Source of the DNA: an uncultured Dehalococcoidia bacterium
Lineage (GTDB): Bacteria; Chloroflexota; Dehalococcoidia; DSTF01; JALHUB01
Length of the DNA: 64,000 nt
Reading direction: 5' to 3'
Assembly: GCA_964565775.1 (NCBI GenBank)
Contig: CAZMGB010000009.1
Span: forward strand, 65,062 to 129,061
Positions 56,872 through 64,000 of the stretch are shown here, piece by piece. Each line of letters opens with the position of its first letter. The first letter of the stretch is position 1. The notes under the pieces are model-generated. The model worked only from the letters and a program-made list of their open reading frames with translations, was not told the origin of the DNA and made no database searches. Position numbers and translations under genes: made by a program.

Positions 56872-59800
56872 ATGAAACAGGACATACCGACCGGCGCAGT
56901 GCTCGTCTACGGGGCAGGGATAGCAGGCATTCAGGCGTCGCTCGACCTGGCCGAATCCGGCTTCAAGGTGTACCTCGTCGAGCGCTCGCCCGCTATCGGC
57001 GGCAGGATGTCCCAGCTCGACAAGACTTTCCCCACCGGCGACTGCGCGATGTGCATTCTGTCGCCGAAGCTCGTCGAGTGCGGGCGCAACAAGAACATCG
57101 AGATCATCACCCTCGCCGAGATGGAGAGCATCACCGGCGAGCCCGGCCAGCTTGACGTGCGCATCAGGAGGAATCCGCGCTACGTCGACCTCCAGAAGTG
57201 CAACGCCTGCGGTGACTGCGCCGAGGTCTGTCCAGTATCCCTGCCCAGCGAGTTCGACCGGGGGCTCGGCGAAAGGAAGGCTATCTTCCGCCCCTACCCG
57301 CAGGCGATCCCCAACGTGTACGGCATCTCGAAGGCCGACGGCACCGCACCCTGTAGACACGCATGTCCGGCGGGCGTGAACGCGCACGGCTATGTCGCGC
57401 TGGTCGGCCAGGGCAGGTTCAAGGAAGCCTACGACCTCATCCGCGAGCGCTGTCCGCTGCCGGCAGTCTGCGGCCGAATCTGCCAGCACCCCTGCGAGGA
57501 CCAGTGCAATCGAGGCGATATAGACGAGCCTGTCGCCATCCGCGACCTGAAGCGCTTCGCCACCGACTGGGTCTATACCAACCGGGAGCAGTTTGCGGAG
57601 GAAGCCGAAACCGCATCGCCCTGGAGCGAGCTGCGCGAAGAGAAGATCGCGATCATCGGCGGCGGGCCGGCCGGCCTTACGGCCGCCCACGATCTGAGCC
57701 GGATGGGGTACAGGGTGACGATCTTTGAGGCGATGCCGTTCCTGGGTGGGATGCTGCGCCTCGGCGTGCCCGAGTACCGGCTCCCGAGGGATGTGCTCGA
57801 CTTCGAGATAGACCAGCTACTCAACGACCGCATCGAGGTGAGGTTGGACTGCCGGATCGGGCGCGACGTGACCCTGGACGGCCTCCGCAGCGACGGCTAC
57901 GCCTCGATATTCATCGCCTGCGGCGCTCACAGGAACCTGCGACTGGAAGTGGAGGGGAGTGAGTACGAAGGTGTAGTTTACGGGCTCGACTTCTTGAGGA
58001 GCGTGAACCTGGGCGAGCAGGTTCGCGTCGGGAAGCGAACGGCCGTGATCGGCGGCGGAAACGTGGCGATGGACGCCGCGCGCGCCGCCCTGCGGCTGGG
58101 CTCGGATGAAGTGACGATAGTCTACCGCCGCTCGCGCGCCGAAATGCCGGCGCTCGATGAGGAGGTCCATCTCGCCGAGGAAGAGGGAGTCAGGTTCCAC
58201 TTGCTGGCCGCCCCGGTCCGCATGATCGGCGATGATAGGGGCTCCGTCGTCGCGATGGAGTGCCTGCGGATGAAGCTGGGTGAGCCGGACGCGAGCGGCC
58301 GGCGGCGACCCGAGCCGATCGAGGGGTCGAACTTCACCATCGAGGCGGACACCGTCATCATCGCGATAGGGCAGACGGCTGATCTCGATGGCCTGCCATT
58401 GGGCTCGCGCGGAAGGATCGACTGTGACGACTCGCTTGCCACGGAGATGCCGGGCGTGTTCGCCGGCGGGGACGTGGTCCTGGGGCCGGCCTCGTTCGTC
58501 GACGCGATGGGGCACGGTCACCGCGCCGCCGAGGCGATCCACCGTTATCTCCGCGGCGAAAGCGTAAGGGATGCGGCGCCGGCCGGCGGGGCCGCTGACG
58601 AGAAGCTCGCCCCGAACCCTCTGCCGTCCGCCCCGCACCAGCCTCGACGTCCCATGCCGCAGTCGCCGGTCGACGAGCGCAAACGGGACATGCGCGAGAT
58701 CGATCTCGGCTATTCCGAGGAGGATGCCATCGCCGAAGCGAGGCGCTGCCTCAACTGCGGGCTCTGCTCCGACTGCCGCCTCTGCGAAAAGGTATGCGAT
58801 CCCGGCGCCATCTTCCACGACATGCGGCCGGAATCGGAGGTGCTTCGGGTCGGCGCCGTCATCCTCACCCCCGGCTCCGAAGAGATGCAGCCGTCCCTTC
58901 GCGGGGAGTACGGCCACGGCCGCTACGACAACGTGCTTTCGTCTGTCCAGTTCGAGCGCATGCTCAGCGCTTCGGGGCCGACGGAAGGCACCGTGCAGAG
59001 ACCGTCCGACGGCCAGCCCGTGAAGCGGATCGCCTTCATCCAGTGCGTCGGCTCGCGCGATAGCGCTCGCGGCAACGGCTACTGCTCCTCGATATGTTGC
59101 ATGTCGGCGACGAAAGAGGCACTCGTCGCAATGGAGCACATTCCGGGGCTCGAGATTGCCATCTTCTGCATGGACATCCGCGCCTTCGGTAAGGAGTTCG
59201 ACCGCTACGTCGACCGGGCGCGCAGCGAGCACGGCGTGCGATACGTCCGGGCTATCCCCTCGCGCGTGGTCGAGATGCCGGGCACGAAGAACCCGCGTGT
59301 GCGCTATTTCGACGAGCACGGGGACGACCGTCAGGAGGAGTTCGATCTTGTGGTCCTTTCGGTCGGCATGAAGCCCGGCGCCAGCGTCACGGAGCTCGCC
59401 GAGCGGCTCGGGATTGACCGCAACCAGTTCGGCTTCTGCGAGACGGATCGGCTTACGCCGGTGGTCTCGTCACTGCCGGGTGTCTTCGTGGCCGGCGCCT
59501 TCCAGGAGCCGAAGGACATACCGGAATCGGTGGCGCAGGCCAGCGCCGCAGCGGCCAGCGCAATGGAGCTGCTTGTGCGCGGGCGGGGCACGCTGGCCCG
59601 CCGCCACGAGTATCCCGAGGAGCGAGACGTCACGGACGAAGAGCCGCGAATCGGCGTCTTCATCTGCCACTGCGGGCACAACATCGCCTCGGTGGTGGAC
59701 GTCGAGGCGGTCGCGCGCGAGGCGGCGGAGCTGCCAAACGTCGTCTACTCCGAGACCGATCTCTTCACGTGCTCCGACACCAGTCAGGCCCGACTCAAAG

Positions 59801-61326
59801 ACCTGATCCTCCAGCATCGCCTGAACCGAGTCGTTATCGCCTCGTGCTCGCCGCGCACGCATGAGGTGCTGTTCCAGGAGACGCTCCGGGAGTCTCGGCT
59901 GAACCCCTACCTCTTCGCGATGACGAACATCCGTGATCAATGCTCGTGGGTGCACCGCGACGATCCGGCTCGGGCTACGGAAAAGGCTTGCGACCTCATG
60001 CGCATGGCGGTGGGGCGCGCACGATGGCTTCGCTCGCTGGAAACCGGGCAGGTCCCGATCACGCGCGCGGCGCTCGTCCTCGGGGGCGGCCTGGCAGGCA
60101 TGACCGCTGCGCTCTCGATAGCGGACCAGGGCTTCGAGGTGCATCTCGTGGAGAAGGAGCCCGAGCTGGGCGGCAACCTTCGCTTCATTCACTACACGCT
60201 GGAGCGAGATGACATCCAGGAGTTCGCTGCGGACCTGGTCGGCCGCATTCGCTCCCATCCGCTCATCACCCTCTACCTCGATTCGAAGGTGACGGAGGTT
60301 TCCGGCCACGTCGGGAACTTCAGGTGCCAGATCGAAGGTGCCGACGGCGCGAAGACGGTCAACCACGGCGTGACAATCATCGCCACCGGCGGCGTCGAGC
60401 GGCCGACCGAACAGCACCTTCGCGGCAGGCACGAGCGCGTGGTCACCCAGCGGGAGCTGGAGGCGCAGTTGGCCGGCGGCGGCTTGCCCCCGGAGCTGGG
60501 CGAACGGCCGACCGTCGTCATGATACAGTGCGTCGGATCGCGAACGGAGGAGAACCCCTATTGTAGCCGCGTCTGCTGCTCGGAGGCCGTCAAGAACGCG
60601 CTGGCGATCAAGGCGCAGCGGCCAGAGGCGCAGGTGATCGTCCTCAACAAAGACATCCGCACCTACGGCTTCCGCGAGACGTATTTCCAGATGGCGCGCC
60701 AGGCCGGGGTACTGTTCATCCGCTATCCGGAAGAGCAAGAGCCCGAGACATTCGATGACCAGGGCCCGGTTGTGCGCGTCACGGACGCGAGCACCCGCCG
60801 CCAGCTCCTGCTGCGGCCCGACCTGCTCGTGCTGAGCACAGGAATCGCACCCGCGCCCGACAACCCGGAGCTGTCGGCGATCTTGAGGACGTCGCTGACT
60901 GCCGACGGCTTCTTCCTCGAAGCGCACCCCAAGCTCCGTCCGGTGGACCTGGCGAGCGAGGGCGTATTCGTCTGCGGGCTCGCGCACTCGCCGCGCTTCA
61001 TGGACGAGACGATCGTCCAGGCCCGGGCAACGGCCGGCCGCGCCGCCACGATCCTGTCGCGCCCGCACCTCAAGATCGGCGGCCAGGTGGCCCGCATCGA
61101 TCCTCTCGAATGCACTGCCTGCCTGACGTGCATCAAGGTGTGCCCCTATGACGCGCCCACGATCAACGACCGGCAGAAAGTGGAGATTCAGGCCGCGAAG
61201 TGCATGGGCTGCGGTAGCTGTGTCGCTTCCTGTCCGGCGAAGGCCATCCATCTACAACACCAGGAAGAGCGACAGCTCATCGCCATGCTCGATGAGTTGC
61301 TTGCCGTTCCCAAGGTGACGGCATGA
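56872..61326 (+). CDS. hdrA: HdrL-like large heterodisulfide reductase A homolog: HdrA N-domain + ferredoxin + GltD/NfnB-like NAD(P)H:FAD domain + two HdrA-type Cys-cluster domains + C-terminal 2x[4Fe-4S]
   Basis: 1484 aa. HdrA start VYGAGIAGIQASLDLAESGFKVYLVE...GDCAMC. Inserted GltD small-subunit-like region (CRHACPAGVNAHGY...CGRICQHPCEDQCNRG...IAIIGGGPAGLTAAHDL...). HdrA motifs CVGSRDSARGNGYCSSICC and CVGSRTEENPYCSRVCC. Ferredoxin motifs CNACGDC..CP, CLNCGLCSDCRLC, CTACLTCIKVCP, CMGCGSCVASCP. Confidence 0.8.
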   Translation: MKQDIPTGAVLVYGAGIAGIQASLDLAESGFKVYLVERSPAIGGRMSQLDKTFPTGDCAMCILSPKLVECGRNKNIEIITLAEMESITGEPGQLDVRIRRNPRYVDLQKCNACGDCAEVCPVSLPSEFDRGLGERKAIFRPYPQAIPNVYGISKADGTAPCRHACPAGVNAHGYVALVGQGRFKEAYDLIRERCPLPAVCGRICQHPCEDQCNRGDIDEPVAIRDLKRFATDWVYTNREQFAEEAETASPWSELREEKIAIIGGGPAGLTAAHDLSRMGYRVTIFEAMPFLGGMLRLGVPEYRLPRDVLDFEIDQLLNDRIEVRLDCRIGRDVTLDGLRSDGYASIFIACGAHRNLRLEVEGSEYEGVVYGLDFLRSVNLGEQVRVGKRTAVIGGGNVAMDAARAALRLGSDEVTIVYRRSRAEMPALDEEVHLAEEEGVRFHLLAAPVRMIGDDRGSVVAMECLRMKLGEPDASGRRRPEPIEGSNFTIEADTVIIAIGQTADLDGLPLGSRGRIDCDDSLATEMPGVFAGGDVVLGPASFVDAMGHGHRAAEAIHRYLRGESVRDAAPAGGAADEKLAPNPLPSAPHQPRRPMPQSPVDERKRDMREIDLGYSEEDAIAEARRCLNCGLCSDCRLCEKVCDPGAIFHDMRPESEVLRVGAVILTPGSEEMQPSLRGEYGHGRYDNVLSSVQFERMLSASGPTEGTVQRPSDGQPVKRIAFIQCVGSRDSARGNGYCSSICCMSATKEALVAMEHIPGLEIAIFCMDIRAFGKEFDRYVDRARSEHGVRYVRAIPSRVVEMPGTKNPRVRYFDEHGDDRQEEFDLVVLSVGMKPGASVTELAERLGIDRNQFGFCETDRLTPVVSSLPGVFVAGAFQEPKDIPESVAQASAAAASAMELLVRGRGTLARRHEYPEERDVTDEEPRIGVFICHCGHNIASVVDVEAVAREAAELPNVVYSETDLFTCSDTSQARLKDLILQHRLNRVVIASCSPRTHEVLFQETLRESRLNPYLFAMTNIRDQCSWVHRDDPARATEKACDLMRMAVGRARWLRSLETGQVPITRAALVLGGGLAGMTAALSIADQGFEVHLVEKEPELGGNLRFIHYTLERDDIQEFAADLVGRIRSHPLITLYLDSKVTEVSGHVGNFRCQIEGADGAKTVNHGVTIIATGGVERPTEQHLRGRHERVVTQRELEAQLAGGGLPPELGERPTVVMIQCVGSRTEENPYCSRVCCSEAVKNALAIKAQRPEAQVIVLNKDIRTYGFRETYFQMARQAGVLFIRYPEEQEPETFDDQGPVVRVTDASTRRQLLLRPDLLVLSTGIAPAPDNPELSAILRTSLTADGFFLEAHPKLRPVDLASEGVFVCGLAHSPRFMDETIVQARATAGRAATILSRPHLKIGGQVARIDPLECTACLTCIKVCPYDAPTINDRQKVEIQAAKCMGCGSCVASCPAKAIHLQHQEERQLIAMLDELLAVPKVTA

Positions 61327-61796
61327 TCGAATCCGACCGCCGCTCAACGGCCGAAGCCGTGGCCGATCGAGAGTGCGAGATCGTGGCATTCTGCTGCAAT
61401 TTCTGCGCCTATGCCGCGGCCGATCTCGCCGGCGCGAGACGCATGCAATACCCGGCGAACGTGCGCATCGTACACGTGCCCTGCACGGGCGAGGTCGAGG
61501 TGGAGCATCTCCTCGCTGCCTTCGAACGGGGAAGCGACGGAGTTCTGGTGGCGGGCTGCCTCGAACGGGGATGCCACTTCGTCGAGGGGAACCTGCGCGC
61601 GAAGCGTCGCGTCGAGGCCGTGCGGCAGACGCTCGACGAGATCGGCCTCGGGCGAGAGCGCCTGCGGATGGTCAATCTGTCCGCCTCGGAAGCGCCCACA
61701 TTCGTAGCGCGGATAAGGGAAATGGTAGACACGATAAGCAGCCTTGGCCCTAACCCGCTACGCACATCATCAACCAGGGAGCGGAGCCCGAAATGA
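61323..61796 (+). CDS. mvhD: MvhD/FlpD-like iron-sulfur subunit D (copy 2)
   Basis: EIVAFCCNFCAYAAADLAGARRMQYPANVRIVHVPCTGEVEVEHLLAAFERGSDGVLVAGCLERGCHF is a full MvhD Cys motif set. Start overlaps the hdrL stop (ATGA). Confidence 0.8.
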   Translation: MIESDRRSTAEAVADRECEIVAFCCNFCAYAAADLAGARRMQYPANVRIVHVPCTGEVEVEHLLAAFERGSDGVLVAGCLERGCHFVEGNLRAKRRVEAVRQTLDEIGLGRERLRMVNLSASEAPTFVARIREMVDTISSLGPNPLRTSSTRERSPK

Positions 61797-62461
61797 TAGT
61801 AGCAAGTCGAAAGCCGATCTCGGAGATCAAGGGTGCGCTTGCGCGCCACGATAAGGTTCTATTCGTGGGCTGCGGGACGTGCGTGACCGTATGCCTTGCC
61901 GGCGGAGAGCGCGAGGTAGGCATCATGTCCTACGCCATGCGCATGGCGCGGCGGCTGGAGGGACGGCCCCTCGAGATCGAACAGGTCACGATCGAGCGCC
62001 AGTGCGAAAACGAGTTCATCCAGGAGCTCGCTCCCGCAGCGGAACGCAACGAGGCGATCCTGTCGTTCGGGTGCGGCGCCGGCGTGCAGGCGATCGCCGA
62101 GCGATTCCCGGAGAAGCCGGTCTACGCGGCGCTCAATACGCAGTTTCTCGGCATCCTCGAGGAGCAGGGGGTCTGGACGGAGAAGTGCCTGGGGTGCGGG
62201 TCGTGCATGCTCTCGGACTTCGGCGGCATCTGCCCGATTACGCGCTGCGCGAAGCGTCTGCTGAACGGCCCTTGCGGCGGTTCGAGCGAGGAGCGATGCG
62301 AGGTCGACCCCGAGCGACCCTGCGCCTGGCAGCTCATCTACCGCCGGCTGAAGGCCATCGGCCAGCTAGACAACCTGGAACGCATCGTCCCGGCGAGAGA
62401 CTGGCGGCCGAGCTGGCACGGCGGTGCGCGAACGGTGGTGCGAGAGGAGCACCGGATCTAG
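61793..62461 (+). CDS. metV: methylene-THF reductase-associated zinc/FeS subunit MetV
   Basis: VLFVGCGTCVTVC...ILSFGCGAGV...EKCLGCGSCM...ICPITRCAKRLLNGPCGGS...RPCAW is the Cys-rich pattern and the LNGPCGG motif characteristic of MetV. Confidence 0.7.
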   Translation: MIVASRKPISEIKGALARHDKVLFVGCGTCVTVCLAGGEREVGIMSYAMRMARRLEGRPLEIEQVTIERQCENEFIQELAPAAERNEAILSFGCGAGVQAIAERFPEKPVYAALNTQFLGILEEQGVWTEKCLGCGSCMLSDFGGICPITRCAKRLLNGPCGGSSEERCEVDPERPCAWQLIYRRLKAIGQLDNLERIVPARDWRPSWHGGARTVVREEHRI

Positions 62462-62550
62462 CTTCGAGCCTTTCACGGACCTTATCAGGGCACCACTATC
62501 GCACATCCGGGACGGCGGAGCCGAGCGTCGACCGGGCGATGAACCCTCCC

Positions 62551-63546
62551 CTACAGATCCCAGTAGCTGTGCAACCGCTGGAAGTCTATGGTGCCGCTGT
62601 TGGCTATGTTGTCGGCCTCTATGCCGGCTTCTTCGGCGGCGGCCACGGCATTGAGACCGCCGTACAGGATGACACCCACCTTGTTCAACCCGACAGGGAT
62701 CTGGCAAACGGGCTGGCTGGTGTAGCCCATGACAACCACCCCGCCGATATTTGATTCCCTGAGCTTCTCCACCAGCTCTTCGGCCATCGGCTTCGCCGCC
62801 GCCGGTATCTCCCGGAAGTTGGCGAGTATCATGCCTTCGCCCCTGGTCGCGGCGTCACGCACGGCGGTCATGTGCGCCCTGATGTACGCCAGTGATGGGT
62901 CCAGGGAGGAGCCGGCGTAGTGGATTATGGCCACGAACCTTCGAGGCTTGGAGTTGTGGATCTCCAGTATTCCCCCGAACCGAGAGTCCATGGGAATGCC
63001 GGCCTTCAGTAGCACGCCGTTGATGGTGGCGCTACAGACCGTCGCTAGCCCCATCTGGCCCTCGGGCACGATCACGTCGCCCAGCTTGTCGCCCTCCTCT
63101 GCCACCGCCACCATGTGACTGACGCCTATGTCCGCCAGGAAAGCGTCCTTCATCGCTGACAGGGCCTTCTTGAACTTGTCTTTGGGGAAGAGGGAGGTGT
63201 TGATAATCACCTCGCCGCTGCGTTGGACAGGGTCAAACGTCGTCTGGAAGGCGAGGGAGGCGATCCTCTCGATGACAAGACCGACCTGCTCCGGCGCCAG
63301 CGCGAACCTCAGCTCCTCCAGCCCCTTGGCGGTGAGGACTCTGCCGTCTCTCCCCAGGGACTGGGTGAAGCCCCGCTCATCGGTGATTCTGAAGTGATAC
63401 CTCACTGACCTCTCGCTAAGGTTGATGCCGTGATTCTTCAGCGCGCGGGCGATGCTGATCGAGCCCAGTGGCTCCGGTGACTCGCTCAGCACCCTCAGGA
63501 TCGCGACGATCTTTCTCTCAGTGTCGCGGGCTTCGCTTTCCAGCAT
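62551..63546 (-). CDS. nrpR: NrpR-like nitrogen regulatory repressor (wHTH + DUF128/NRD domain)
   Basis: ERKIVAILRVLSESPEPLGSISIARALKNHGINLSERSVRYHFRITDERGFTQ resembles the N-terminal wHTH of archaeal NrpR. It is followed by one ~250-aa domain with a glycine-rich C-terminal half (GGVVVMGYTSQPV...ILYGGLNAVAAA) like the NRD/DUF128 domain. ATG at 63546 within track ORF 62551-63588. Confidence 0.5.
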   Translation of the reverse strand: MLESEARDTERKIVAILRVLSESPEPLGSISIARALKNHGINLSERSVRYHFRITDERGFTQSLGRDGRVLTAKGLEELRFALAPEQVGLVIERIASLAFQTTFDPVQRSGEVIINTSLFPKDKFKKALSAMKDAFLADIGVSHMVAVAEEGDKLGDVIVPEGQMGLATVCSATINGVLLKAGIPMDSRFGGILEIHNSKPRRFVAIIHYAGSSLDPSLAYIRAHMTAVRDAATRGEGMILANFREIPAAAKPMAEELVEKLRESNIGGVVVMGYTSQPVCQIPVGLNKVGVILYGGLNAVAAAEEAGIEADNIANSGTIDFQRLHSYWDL

Positions 63547-63764
63547 GCAGTTTCCTCCGCCAGCCGACATCCAGCGTGGTAGCTCCACCCCTGCACCGGG
63601 CTGGCAATCGACGCTATTGTAGCGCGTTTCTTGCGTCCCCCCAAGCCCGCGCGCACCAGCGGTCGCTCGGCGGGTCGGTCTTCAGGGTTCGGGCTCGAAG
63701 GCCGACTCATATAGGTGGACGTAATGAAGTCGGGTTTCCCTCCGGAGTATGGAGAGGTGCAGCA

Positions 63765-64000
63765 ATGAGGATGATACCAAGCCTGAAGGCAAGCGTGGGG
63801 CTCGCGCTGGGCGCAGTTGCGGTGGGCACGCTCGCGTCACGGACACTCTTCCGGTCCTCCGATCGCACGGTCACGGGCGGGCGGAGGCCACGGACGCACA
63901 CACCCTGGACTTCCGAGTCTCAAGGGACGTGGGAACCAGCGGCGGGCAGGACAGCCCAGGCAGCGGATGCACCGACCACATGGCCGAAACCACCACCGCC
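63765..64000 (+). CDS. partial CDS (N-terminus of a probable secreted protein), runs off window end
   Basis: GGAGAGGTG RBS, then ATG at ~63765. MRMIPSLKASVGLALGAVAVGTLASRTL is signal-peptide-like. No stop before position 64000. Confidence 0.3.
   Translation, partial: MRMIPSLKASVGLALGAVAVGTLASRTLFRSSDRTVTGGRRPRTHTPWTSESQGTWEPAAGRTAQAADAPTTWPKPPP

Noticed and set aside
1-64000. Mobile elements, prophage, integrase/transposase, tRNA or rRNA genes
   Set aside because: No ORF shows DDE/tyrosine-recombinase/serine-recombinase motifs. Intergenic regions are short and show no tRNA-like cloverleaf signatures (e.g. GTTCGAATC T-loop) on inspection. The inverted repeat at 40643-43577 is made of coding sequence of paralogous genes, not IS ends.

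Overview
This 64 kb window is GC-rich (roughly two-thirds G+C by eye), gene-dense bacterial chromosome. Most of the antisense 'ORFs' in the track are Arg/Ala/Gly/Pro-rich artefacts of the GC content. I found no rRNA, tRNA, CRISPR array, transposase or integrase.

The host looks monoderm and Chloroflexota- or Actinobacteria-like, but this is a weak inference from F420-type PPOX enzymes, a type IV pilus cluster with no secretin, Thr/Pro-rich linkers and an NrpR-like regulator.

Main contents in order:
- a CoA-transferase
- a padR-arsM arsenic-methylation pair with an unusual Cys-rich PadR
- a complete suf operon (sufR-sufCBD-Rieske-sufS-sufU-sufT) behind a near-consensus sigma70 promoter
- a 1515-aa single-subunit glutamate synthase
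- a DUF2723 glycosyltransferase
- a 12 kb type IV pilus cluster (pilT, pilD, pilM, two PilN/O-like genes, pilin-likes, pilC, pilB, pilA) that includes a 1005-aa repeat-containing pilin-like giant
- the YjbQ, MobB, DedA, APH-like and F420-PPOX genes
- two convergent, paralogous ~1400-aa PAS-GGDEF-GAF-HD-GYP c-di-GMP proteins whose 3' ends form a ~575 bp near-perfect inverted repeat flanking an alcohol dehydrogenase gene

The most interesting locus is a tightly overlapping 10-gene operon at 48349-62461. It inserts a split, archaeal-type glutamate-synthase-like gene set (two FMN-domain paralogs plus a fused amidotransferase-GXGXG protein) into an acetogen-style Hdr/Mvh/MetFV module: mvhD, metF, hdrC, hdrB, a 1484-aa HdrL-like HdrA-NfnB/GltD fusion, a second mvhD, and metV. 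An NrpR-like nitrogen regulator is encoded convergently just downstream. I read this as a candidate heterodisulfide-reductase-coupled, possibly electron-bifurcating, GOGAT/methylene-THF reductase complex.

Coordinates come from the ORF track plus in-frame start refinement. Motif coordinates read directly from the sequence may be off by 1-2 nt.
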